Shown piece after piece: positions 52,034 through 63,064 of a DNA stretch of 64,000 nt. Under the pieces are notes generated by a model. That model was not told where the DNA came from, did not search any database, and was given only the letters and a program-made list of their open reading frames with translations. Numbering within the stretch: position 1 is the first letter of the stretch; every line of letters begins with the position of its first letter. Origin of the DNA: Chiloscyllium plagiosum (taxonomy: Eukaryota); assembly GCF_004010195.1 (NCBI RefSeq), contig NC_057757.1, positions 1,076,405 through 1,140,404 on the forward strand, written 5' to 3'. A program made the translations under genes and the position numbers.

Positions 52034-52939
52034 CTGCCAGGGAACATAAGGAGAGCATAAGAACAGGGAACTTACATCAAGGCTGCAAGTCTTGTAAATG
52101 TTAAAACGACTACTGTTTAAAACAGTGTTCTGACAGCAGCACTCGTGTATGTGTGAAGGGAAACATGAGGGATATTTTAGTCAAACGTTGCCCTTCATGG
52201 AGTTTGAGGCTCTGATTGCTGTTTAGTTATTATGGGATGTGAGGCTAATTGGTAAGGTGCATATTTATTGTCTGTTTCTTGTATGGTTCTACAGACACTG
52301 ACTCTCACTAAACACAAGAGGCAATAGCCTGTGAGGGCCAGACCAGAGTGGGTAAGGATAACAAAGGACATTATGAACTGTTTAGGGTTTCATGACTATC
52401 TGATAGATTGTGGTCACTTTTACTGGTACAGCCTTTTATTTTCAGATGTGTTAAATTGAATTCAGATATCTTTAAACATCAATTTGAAATCATGCTTTCT
52501 GGTTTACTAGTTCAATAATACAGGGAAATCGTGGTAACACAAATTTGGATAACCTGAAACACTGGTTGAGGTGAAGCTTTCAGTCATTCCCAATGACAGA
52601 ACAGTAAGTACAATCAAAAGATGCCCACGATAAACCAAATTGTTTTAGCTGAATTCATGCATGCATATGACCAGGGCAACAAATCAGAGCAGAGTTCAAC
52701 TCACTGGAACATGAAATCACAGGCAAGTTAAGGGTGAACATCAAGATCAAAACCTCTGTGAAAGAATGTTCACCTGCAGGAATGGTTAAACTTATAGAGA
52801 AAGTTTAAAATAGATTGGAGACAAAGAGAAATTTGTATGACTCGATATGCAGTGGAAAATCGCAGTGTGAAATAGTGGGACCTTCCACCAGTGAGTTTGT
52901 TGACCATTCTGAAACACTGCAGCATGAAAGCACAGGAAA

Positions 52940-53468
52940 TATGATTTGGAGGTGCCAGTGTTGTACTGGAGTGTACAAGAGTAAAAATCACCAACACCAG
53001 GTTATAGTCCAACAGGTTCATTTGGAAGCACTAGCTTTCAGAGCGCTGCTCCTTCATCAGGTGATTGTAGAGTATAAAATCATAAGACACATGATTTATA
53101 GCAAACGTTTACAGTGTGATGTAACTGAAATTATATATTGAAAAAGGTCTGGATTGTTTGTTAAGTCTCTCATCCTTTAGAATGACAGTGTTGATTTCAG
53201 TTCTTTCATATGTAAATCCCAGAACTTTTCTTAAAAAGTTACATTCTCAGGTTAACTTTAACAATAGGTGCCATGTCGTCTCAGAATTATGTATGAAGGT
53301 GTGAGCTGCCCCAATCTGTGCCCCAATGTTCAGACTGATTCTATTTCTAAAAAAGGAATTTACAGAATCTGACATGGATTCATGCAGTTTTTGAGCAAAA
53401 TAAAATATAATTCTGCACGAAATATGTTTGACTTGAATTGACAATATGGTCAACTGTATTGCACTCAC
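52940..53468 (-). mobile_element. Longer Penelope-like family B 3' fragment
   Basis: Same terminus as 18607-18821 and 31332-31484, extended by about 400 bp. Confidence 0.7.
53032..53060 (-). ncRNA. Minimal hammerhead ribozyme motif (family B), sense to ACAP1 pre-mRNA
   Basis: cac-CUGAUGA A GGAGC AGC GCUCU GAAAGCUA-gug; stem I cac/gug; activity untested. Confidence 0.6.
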
Positions 53469-53493
53469 TCAAAGACAGTTAGGTGGTGGATCA

Positions 53494-54543
53494 TGTTACG
53501 AAGATATGCGTGTACTTTAAGAAAGTTAAAAGCAGCCAAACTACCGGACACGGAACCAAGTGTTCTCAATAAGGCAACAATGTAACACTTGGTCGAACAA
53601 CTCAATTAGATCATTGCCTGGAGACAAAAACAAATTTGAATTCGACCAATCAGTTTAAATTATACCCCCAAAAATATCAAACTCTAATCCAGTTTGAATT
53701 GATTATATTGAAAATCTTAAAAGCCAATGATGCAATCCAATGCTTTGGGTGTATAAGACTGGGGAAAATTGAACAGTTGGGAGGAGAACTGTTCATGGGC
53801 GGCACGGTGGCACAGTGGTTAGCACTGCTGTCTCGCAGCGCCAGAGACCCGGGTTCGATTCCCGCCTCAGGCGACTGACTGTGTGGAGTTTGCACATTCT
53901 CCCCGTGTCTGCGTGGGTTTCCTCCGGGTGCTCCGGTTTCCTCCCACACTCCAAAAGATGTGCAAGTCAGGTGAATTGGCCATGCTAAATTGCCCGTAGT
54001 GTTAGGTAAAGGGGTAAATGTAGGGGTATGGGTGGGTTACGCTTCGGCGGGTCGGTGTGGACTTGTTGGGCCGAAGGGCCTGTTTCCACACTGTAAGTAA
54101 TCTAATCTAATCTAATCTAAAAACTGCCAAGCTACCAGCATGTAAACAGACTGCCTGAAAAATAGCTGTCTTAAAAAGGTACCTTATCGATCAGTAACCT
54201 GTAATGTAGAAATTCCTAAGAAGAAGAAAAGAAGACACAGGAAGATCTGAACAGAAGAATGAAAGCTGCTGGGTTTTGAGATAAGAAGTCGTGTTTATAA
54301 ATCTTAATTGGGAGTTTTATCAGACTAGTATTATAGAAGGGAAGGTAGCAGATAGATTAGAGTAAGGAATGGTTAATAGTTGTTAGTTAATTATTCTCTG
54401 ATATACTTTAGGAAATAAAGTTGTTAATTTTTACTTTAAATAGTTCGTGGCCACTCGAATTTCTACAGATTATTGCATGGTATAAATCTTTGCTGTGTTG
54501 CTGGTTTTAAATTAAACAGGAGGGTTTACCTCGTGTCGTAACA
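53494..54543 (+). mobile_element. Solo LTR containing an HE1 SINE
   Basis: Terminal inverted tgttacga/tcgtaaca; flanks ATCA/ATCG (4-bp TSD with CpG decay); AATAAA near 54414. Confidence 0.75.
53797..54120 (+). mobile_element. HE1-type V-SINE, youngest-looking copy
   Basis: CpG-rich; tggcacagtgg and gttcgattcc boxes; V-domain; (aatct)n tail. Confidence 0.92.
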
Positions 54544-56836
54544 ATCGCAAGAAAAGAATTTGTGGAATGTCTAGAAGATGGGTTTTTGGAGTAGCACTAG
54601 TAAATAGGCAGTTCTGGATTTAGGGTTGTGCAATGAAAGCAGACTTGATAAGAGAGCTTAAGGTGAAGGAACCCTTAGGAGGCAGTGACCATAATATGAT
54701 AGAATTTATTCTGCAATTTGAAAGGGAGAAGGTGGAATCAGATATAATGGTATTACAGCTGATTAAAGGCAACTAGAGAGGTATGAGAGAGGAGTTGACC
54801 AGAACTGACTGGGGGAGGAGCCGAGCAGGAAAGACAGTGGAACAGCAATGGCAGGGGATTCTGGGAGTAATTCAGGAGGCATAGCAGAGATTCATCGCGA
54901 GGAAAAAGAAGCGTGGCCCAGGGAGGATGAGGCAACCCTGGCTGACCGGGGAAGTCAGGGACAGCGTTAACGCAAAAGAGAAAGCATATAATGCAGTGAA
55001 GGGCAATGGGAAGCCACAGGTTTTGGAAGCTTAAAAAGACCTACAGAGGACAGCGAAGAAAATAATAAGGAGGGAGGAGATTAAATATGAGAGTTAGCTA
55101 GCCAGTAATATGAAGAACGATTGCAGGAGTTTCTTTAGATATATAAAGAGTGATAAAGAGGCAAAAGTGGACATTGGGCTGCTGAAGAAGTAGCAATGGA
55201 GAACGAGGAAATGGCTGAGGAACTAAACAAGTATCTTGCATCAGTCTTCACGGTGGAAGACACAAATAATATCCCAAAATTCAACAGACAGAGATGAGTA
55301 CAGTGGCCATCACCAAGGAAAAGGTACCAGAAAAACTGAAAGGTCTGAAAATAGATAAATCACCTGGACTAGATGGACTGCACCCCAGATATCTGAAGGT
55401 GATAGCTGAAGAGATAATGCAGCCTTCAGTAATAATCTTTCAAGTATTACTGGAGTCAGGGAGAGTCCCAGAGGACTGGAAAATTGCTGACATATCCCCT
55501 CATTTAAGAAGGGAGTAAGGCAAAAAATGGGAAATTATAGGCCGATTAGCCTGACCTCAGTTGTTGGTAGGATTTTAGAGTCCATTCTGAAGGATGAGAT
55601 TTCTGAGTACTTCAAAGTGAATGGTAAAATAGGATAAAGTCACATGGTTTCATCAAGGGGAGACCATGTCTGGCAAATCTGCTAGAATTCTTCGAGGAGG
55701 TTACAAGCAGATTAGACCAAGGACAGCCAATGGATGTTATTGACCTGGACTTCCAGAAGGCCTTTGACAAGGTGCTGCACAAGAGGCTGCTGAGTAAGAT
55801 AAGGGTTCATGGTGTTAGAGACACGGTACTAGCATGACTGAAAGATTAGCAGAAGGCAGAGAGTGGGGATAAAAGGGACCTTCTCAGTATGGCAGGCATT
55901 TCACAAGGGTCAGTGTTATGAACGCAGCTTTTCATTTTATACATTAATGATCTGGATGAAGGAACTGAGGAAATTCTGGCTAAGTTTGGGATGGTACAGA
56001 GATAAGTGGAAGATGTAGACAGGTTAGGAGGGTGGGAAAAGATATGGCAGATTGAATATAATGTGAGAAAGTGTGAGGTGATGCACTTTGGTAGGAAGAA
56101 TAGAGGCATGGGCTATTTTCTAAATGGGGAGAAACTTCATAAATCTGAAGTGCAAAGAGACTTGGGAGTCCTCGTCCATGTTTCTGTTGAGGGAAACTTG
56201 CAGGTTGAGACAGTACTTAGGAAGGCAAATACAAGTTGTCATTCATCTCGAGAGGTTTGCTCTTCTGAGGCTTTGTAAAGTTCTGGTCAGACCACATTTA
56301 GAGTATTGTGTGCAATTTTGGGCCCCATACCTCAGGGAGGATATATTGGCCCTGGAGTGGGTCCAGAGGAGGTTCATGAGAATGATCCTAGGGTTGAAAG
56401 GCTTAATATATATGAGGAATGTTTGAGGACTCTGGGACTGTACTCAATGGAGTTTAGAAGGATGCAGAGGAATCTGATTGAGACTTACAGAATACTGAAT
56501 GGCCTGGATAGAGTGGATGTTGGGAAGATGTTTCCATTGGTAGGAGACTCGAGAGCCTTTGAGTAAAGGGAAGACCCTTTAGAACAGAGATAAGGAGAAA
56601 CTTCTTCAGCTAGAATGGTGAACTATAGAATTCACTGCCATAGAAGAAGTTGTGGTGGTCAGATCATTGAGTATATTTAAAACCAAGGTAGATAAGTTCT
56701 TGATTGCCAAGGGGATCAAAAGTTACGGGGGGCAAGTGGGAAAATGGGGTTGATAAACCTATCAGTCACAATCGAATGGCAGACCAGACGTGATCGCCTA
56801 AATGGCCTAATTTCTGCTCATCTGTCTTATGGTCTT
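54544..56836 (+). mobile_element. CR1 LINE ORF2 relic to 3' tail
   Basis: KSPGLDGLHPR, PEDWKIA, KCEVMHFG, RPHLEYCVQFW. Confidence 0.9.
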
Positions 56837-57998
56837 GTGCTAAGTTGAAAAAGATTAGAGATTTATCAGTCCTAACGTCAAGCATTTTTGAGAGAGTTTT
56901 TACTGTACAATGTCATGCATTTAAGGTGTGAGAAAAAGTAACGACATTTTCACAAAATCAGAATTTTCATTTCTTTTTGACAGAGCTCGTTTGTGGGCAA
57001 ATCAGGTTAGATAGGAACTTGGCTCGACTATCTCAAAGCTCTGCTTAACGTGGATTTGTGGGTGGGTTTCCTAATGTTGGTGCATTAGTCTAGGCAAAGC
57101 TACTGTATCCCAAGTTCTATTGATAGACACTAGGCGATTGTCAGGTTGTATCTGATTTCTCAACACTTATTATTGAACTTGACAGAAATGAGCAATGCTC
57201 TTTCCTCATCAATCTCTTAATCTTTCTGTCGAAAGGATCTTGTTTATTATTGTGCACAAAGTTTTTTCATGGATGGATAGTTCAGGATAAGGAGGAGTCT
57301 GACTACCTTAAATTATTTACTAGGCCCAGCAAAATTGAGATTGTTTTTGCATTAGAGCAGAAAAGGCTATGGGGAAATTTAATTGAAGTGCAGAATCTTC
57401 AAACATTATGTGGAGTTTTGATAGTGAATTAGGAGAATTCTTGTAATATTGTCAGAAGTTTTGTATAATTAGAGCACATTGATTTAAAATAATTGACAAA
57501 ATAACTACAGGGGACATCAGTTTTTTAAAAAAGTCACAGAGAGCAATGCTCTGTCTGAAAGGGTGATGTAAGCAGGTGCAATAGTAACTTTGAAAGGGAA
57601 TTAAATTTTAAAAAACTTTCAAAAGTAAACATTGGAAGGCCGTGGAGAATGAATGAAATAACTGGCAAACTCTTTGAACAGAGAAAAACAATTTTTCCCC
57701 CAAAAGGCTGAGACTGCTGAAGAAAAAAAAAGGGAGCTTTAAATATTTGTGGGCAAAGGTATCAAAGGATATGGAGCAATGTACCCAACTTAATGAAAGG
57801 TACAGAACAACCTTGTGCCTGTTCTCCAAATGCTATATGTAACATGGGCTGACGTTTCCAAGTCCCACATGGATGCCATCTAGCCAAGTTTAGCCCACAG
57901 ATTTGGATGTTGTAAACAAGCTTTTAAAAACAATTAAAGATATTATCTACTTTATTCTATGATGGAACAGATCTGAAAATGAAGGAATGGCAATGAAG

Positions 57999-58297
57999 GG
58001 GCAACACGGTGGCTCAGTGGTTAGCACGGCTGCCTCACAGTACCAGGGACTCGGATTCGACTCCAGCCTCAGGCGACTGTCTGTGTGGAGTTTGCACATT
58101 CTCCCCGTGTCTGTGCGGGTTTCTTCCCACACTCCAAAGATGTGCAGGTCAGGTGGACTGACCATGCTAAATTACCTATAGTGTTCGGTGCATTAGTCAG
58201 AGGAAAATGGGTCTGGGTGGGTTACTCTTTGGAGGGTCGGTGTGGACTGGTTGGGCTGAAGGGCCTGTTTCCACACTATAGGGAATCTAGTCTAATC
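57999..58297 (+). mobile_element. HE1-type V-SINE; further fragments at 58603-58670 and 59248-59447
   Basis: Same family sequence. Confidence 0.87.
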
Positions 58298-58416
58298 AAT
58301 GAAAACAAAGTACACATTCTTGCATGACTGAACACCACATGCTCCGTCTTCCCTTGTTTGTCAGCAGACTGATCAACATTGAAAGATTTGACAGGCATTG
58401 GCCAATTCACACTCAC

Positions 58417-58517
58417 TTTGATGGGGAGACTACCTCAAAGCAGAATCGTCTCTCAGTGTCTGTACCAGACTTGATTGTACACAGTCGGAGGTCTTCCACC
58501 ACAACCGTTAGATTATC
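58417..58517 (-). CDS. ACAP1: ACAP1 coding exon (PH domain: DNLTVVVEDLRLCTIKSGTDTERRFCFEVVSPS)
   Basis: 101-nt exon, cag/gtgagt, phase 0 to 2; ACAP motif VVEDLRLCT...ERRFCFEVVS. Confidence 0.95.
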
Positions 58518-59669
58518 CTGTATCATTGAAAATAATGAATTTACAGCTTCTTTCAACGGGTTAGCAAAGTCCACAATTCACAGTTTCAAGGTATCTTCCA
58601 TGCGCTTCGGCGGGTCAGTGTGGACTTGTTGGGCCGAAGGGCCTGTTTCCACACTGTAATGTAATCTAATCTTTAAGTTTCTTTTTTAACGGTTTGTGGG
58701 CACTTCAGGCAAGGCTGACACTTAACCTCAATCTCAGTGGTTTTCTAGACTTCTTCCAAGAATTATTAAAAGTCAAACTCGCTGATCTGGTTTATTAATT
58801 TGCCATCCTACCAAATCAATGATAATTGGTAATAGACTCTCTTTCAATTCTAGAATTAAGTGATTTTAAATTTTACTAGATGTCTTGGTGTATCTTAAAC
58901 CCAAGTCCCCAACGTATTACTCTGGGCTGTGGTTTTGCTAGCCAGTAACACCACCACATCTGCACTTTCTCATGAACACAAATTAACTCATTCATGCAAT
59001 CACCTAGAATCTATAGAAGAGAAATAGACCATTGGTTGACATGATCCAACAATTTTGTGTTGCCTGATATTGAGCCTAAGCTACCTCCTTTAAACTTTAT
59101 GTCTTTGATGTAGTTCTGTGGATAGCACTTCTCTGCAGTAGATGTGTTTTCAAACCGAGAATGCTACATAGTTAGAAGAGCTTTATTTCTAATTTGACAA
59201 TTAAACAGTGCCTCTTTGCCCTCTTGGCTAAACTTAAAAGATCTCATTTTGCACATTCTCCTAGTGTCTGCGTGGGTTTCCTCCGGGTTATCCGGTTTCC
59301 TCCCACAGTCCAAAAATGTGCAGGTCAGGTGAATTGACCATGCTAAATTGCCCGTAGTGTTAGGTAAAGGGGTAAATGGGTCTTTGGCGGGTTGGTGTGG
59401 ACTTGTTGGGCCGAAGGGCCTGTTTCCACACTGTAAGTAATCTAATCAAAAGAAAGAAATTCTCTGGCCAATATGTATTCCACAATCAACATCACTCTAG
59501 TTATTGTTGCTAATGGTGGGTACTAGTGGTGTGCAAATTAGCTGCAAAATTGCCTACATTATAATATTTCAAATACGTTAGTGGCTATTAAAAAACTATG
59601 GAATGTTCTCAGGTGGTGAAGGGTGTTGCACAAAAGCAACTTTTAATTTCACTTGCACCATTTATCTAG

Positions 59670-60087
59670 TCATGATGTGGAGGTGCCGGATTGGGGTGGA
59701 CAAAGTTAAAAATCAGATTCAAAAAGTGTGGTGTTGGAAAAGCACAGCCACTCAGGCAGCATCTGAGGAGCAGGAGAAGTGATGTTTCGAGTATGAGCTC
59801 TTCATCAGGAATTGAGCTTATGCCTGAAACGTTGACTCTCCTGCTCCGCGGATGCTACCTGACCTGCTGTGCTTTTCCAGCACCTTACTTTTCGACTCTG
59901 ATCTCCAGCCTCTGCAGTCCTCGCTTTCTCAAAGTTAAAAATCACACAACACCAGGTTATAGTCCAACAGGTTTATTTGGAAGAACCAGCTTTTGGAGTA
60001 CTGCTACTTCATCAGGTAGCTGAGCAGCGCTCTGAAAGCTAGTGCTTCCAAATAAACCTGCTGGACTATAACCTGGCGTTGTGTGAT
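59670..60087. mobile_element. Family B Penelope-like palindrome with a family A palindrome (59716-59929) nested inside
   Basis: Exact 15-bp TSD caaagttaaaaatca at 59701-59715 and 59930-59944. Confidence 0.85.
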
Positions 60088-60216
60088 CTTACATTTGAGA
60101 AAGGGTTAGAGCAGTTTGGTCCAGGTAATATCCCTGGAGTTGGTTTATGATTTAGAAATGAAGGAGATGCAAGTAAGCTGCCTCATAGTAATAAGCTGAC
60201 AAGCAACCCAACTCAC

Positions 60217-60268
60217 CTTGAGCTTCTTCTGATAGACCAGCTGATTGTTTTGAATGGAAAACCACCGT
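60217..60268 (-). CDS. ACAP1: ACAP1 coding exon (PH domain: RWFSIQNNQLVYQKKLK); first exon visible in window
   Basis: 52-nt exon, cag acceptor, gtgagt donor; translation matches the ACAP-family PH motif; phase joins next exon. Confidence 0.93.
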
Positions 60269-61333
60269 CTGTGAATATAGAACAGAACAATGATGAGGGA
60301 AGACAAGCAGATAAGCCCAAGCAAACATTGAAGATGACCTAAATCTAGAGGTCACCTCAGCCAAAACTAAGTTTCAATATTCTCAATGCTGGAAGTGCCC
60401 GAGAGTTCTCAGGCGCCATGTTGTGCTGAACCACATGGAGGCTCTTTGCAGCCAGCAGTAAGCCAGAGTCGCCAATCTGATTCCCATGTTGAATTGATAA
60501 GATAGGAAAATGCATATTAATAAGGTCAGATATGCAGTCAATAAGGTGCATAACAAGCAATAATCCTTCCTAATATGGAACTCTCCGCTCCTTACTGAGA
60601 AACTTGTTCGGCATGAGCAGATGCACAGAAGATGCACAAGAGTTAAGAGTTTTTTGGACTGCTTGTGCGACTCTGCCACAAACTTTGCCATAGCCCATAT
60701 CAGTCAGGCTCCTATAAGATTTTGCCCCTTGCTTCTAACTTTCCCTTTCAAATGATGACCCATAGCCTGTGTTCTTCAGTATGGATCTGTGTTCCTTGCT
60801 GCTCATCATCAACCTACATATTTCCAGTACAGCCATTAGAAAACTGAATTGCATTCCTTGTGCAACCAGTATAAACGTGACCTACAAATCTAGTGTAGGT
60901 ATGGACCATAATGGGAGAAGGCTGAATTAAAAAAACACACTTTCCTGTAATGAGATTTTTGGGATTCAAAAGACAATCAAACTTAGGAAGAAAGGTAGCT
61001 GAACAGATGTGAGGCGTCTTCTAATCATAAGAAAATAAGTGCAGGAGTAGTCTTTATGGCCCTTGAATCTGCATGCCATTCTGTATTTTGTTCTTTTTAT
61101 ACAGTTCCTTGAGATTAAGGATTCTTTTTAGATTAGTTTAGATTCGATTCGATTCCAAAGAGTAACCCACCCATTCCCGTACTAATGCACCTATCACTGC
61201 GGGCAATTTATCATGGCCAATTCACCTGACCTGCACATCTTTGGATGTCATGATTTCATTCTGGTTCAATGGTTTGAAATGGCTAATAAGTCCAATGGTC
61301 AATCTATAGACTCTGCCACATGTGGGGTTAGTG

Positions 61334-61949
61334 ATTAGATTAGATTCCCTACAGTATGGAAACAGGCCCTTTGGCACAACAAGTCCACGCCAAACCTCCA
61401 GACCCATTCCCTTACCCTATATCGAACTGCCTAGCTCCTTTCCACCTATCCACTCCACCCTCTCCTCCCTGACCTATCACCTTCATCCCCTTCCCCACTC
61501 ACCCATTGTACTCTATGCTACTCTCTCCCCACCCCCACCCCCACCCTCCTCTAGCTTATCTCTCCACACTTCAGGCTCATTGCCTTTTTCCTGATGAAGG
61601 GCTTTTGCCCGAAATGTTGATTTCGCTGCTCGTTGGATGCGGCCTGAACTGCTGTGCTCTTCCAGCACCACTGATCCAGAATCTGGTTTCCAGCATCTGC
61701 AGTCATTGTTTTTACCTCTATATTTACCCCTGACTAATGCATCTAACACCATGGGCAATTTAGCACAGCCAATTCACCTGTTGTGCACATCTTTGGATTG
61801 TGGAGGAAACCGGAGCATCCTGAGGAAACCTACGCAGACACAGGGAGAATGTGCAAACTCCACACAGACAGTTGCCCGAGGCGGGGATCGAACCTGGGTC
61901 CCTGGCGCTGTGAGGCAGCAGTGCTAACCACTGAGCCACTGTGCCGCCC
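61334..61949. mobile_element. HE1 SINE (-) interrupted by a Penelope-like family A end (+, about 61422-61716)
   Basis: Core CUGAUGA A GGGC UUUU GCCC GAAAUGUU at 61591-61618; SINE resumes at atttacccctgactaatgc. Confidence 0.82.
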
Positions 61950-62521
61950 AAAGATAGATCTTTGAAAGATAGGTCAAATGAGGATTTGAAGGCTTTTGTG
62001 CTCCCTCTGACACCAGGCTTTCACCTCTGCATTGTCTGGTAGAAGTCTTTCAATGTGTTTGATGCTTTTCCAAATAAAGACATTCTCCATTTTGGGGCTG
62101 ACCATAAATTAGCAGGAATGTATGTAAAATCTTTAGGGATGTTTTGAGGACATCCCTAAATGTAGTTCTCCAGGATCTCTCACAGGGAGAATGTGCAAAC
62201 TCCACACAGACAGTTGCCCGAGGCGGGGATCGAACCTGGGTCCCTGGCGCTGTGAGACAGCAGTGCTAACCACTGAGCCACCGTGCCGCCCAAAGATAGG
62301 TCTTTGAAAGATAGGTCAAATGAGGATTTGAAGGCTTATGTGTTCCCTCTGACACCAGGCTTTCACCTCTGCATTGTCTGGTAGAAGTCTTTCAATGTGT
62401 TTGATGTTTTCCAAATAAAGACATTCTCCATTTTGGGGCTGACCATAAATTAGCAGGAATGTATGTAAAATCTTTAGGGATGTTTTGAGGACATCCCTAA
62501 ATGTAGTTCTCCAGAATTTCT
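61839..62521. repeat. Tandem duplication of about 342 bp (SINE head plus unique flank)
   Basis: 61839-62180 repeated at 62181-62521 with only a few differences. Confidence 0.92.
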
Positions 62522-63064
62522 CTCTCTGATTGGGTTTCAAGTAGACCAGTTGCTTTAGAAGATTCTCCTGCTCCTCAGATGCTGCCTGACCTGCTGTGCT
62601 TTTCCAGCATCACACTCTTGACTCTGATCTCCAGAATCTGCAGTCCTCACTTTCTCCCAGTTACTTTAGAAATCTATGGTCAGGCATACAATGTCATATC
62701 TTGCCCAACGTAGCTGATTTGGAATAGTAAGTACCTTGATGCTGGATTAATTGTCTTGGAAGATGATGTTGCTGTTGGAGTGTATTTCTTGCCATTGGGT
62801 TTGAAGGACCTTGCTGGTTTACTTCTTTAGTTCTTTCAATTGCCTTCTCTAGATTCCTGGCCAATCTGATCTGGCCTGAATCAAGGGCTCTCTTACAACC
62901 CTTGATACCACTACAGTTTAAGAATCTATCATAGCCTTGGACATAATCAATGACTCCGCTTATACAGTTCTTTGGGGTAGAGAATTCTAAAGATTCTCAA
63001 CACTCTGATAGAAGAAATCAGTCTAAGTAGAATGATTAAGGGACAGTGATAATTATTGATTTGA

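Noticed and set aside
53797..53875. tRNA genes at SINE heads
   Set aside because: A/B boxes continue into the V-domain and LINE-like tail in every copy; these are tRNA-derived SINEs
60359..60690. Possible Harbinger-type MITE
   Set aside because: Terminal inverted similarity too weak and no TSD seen
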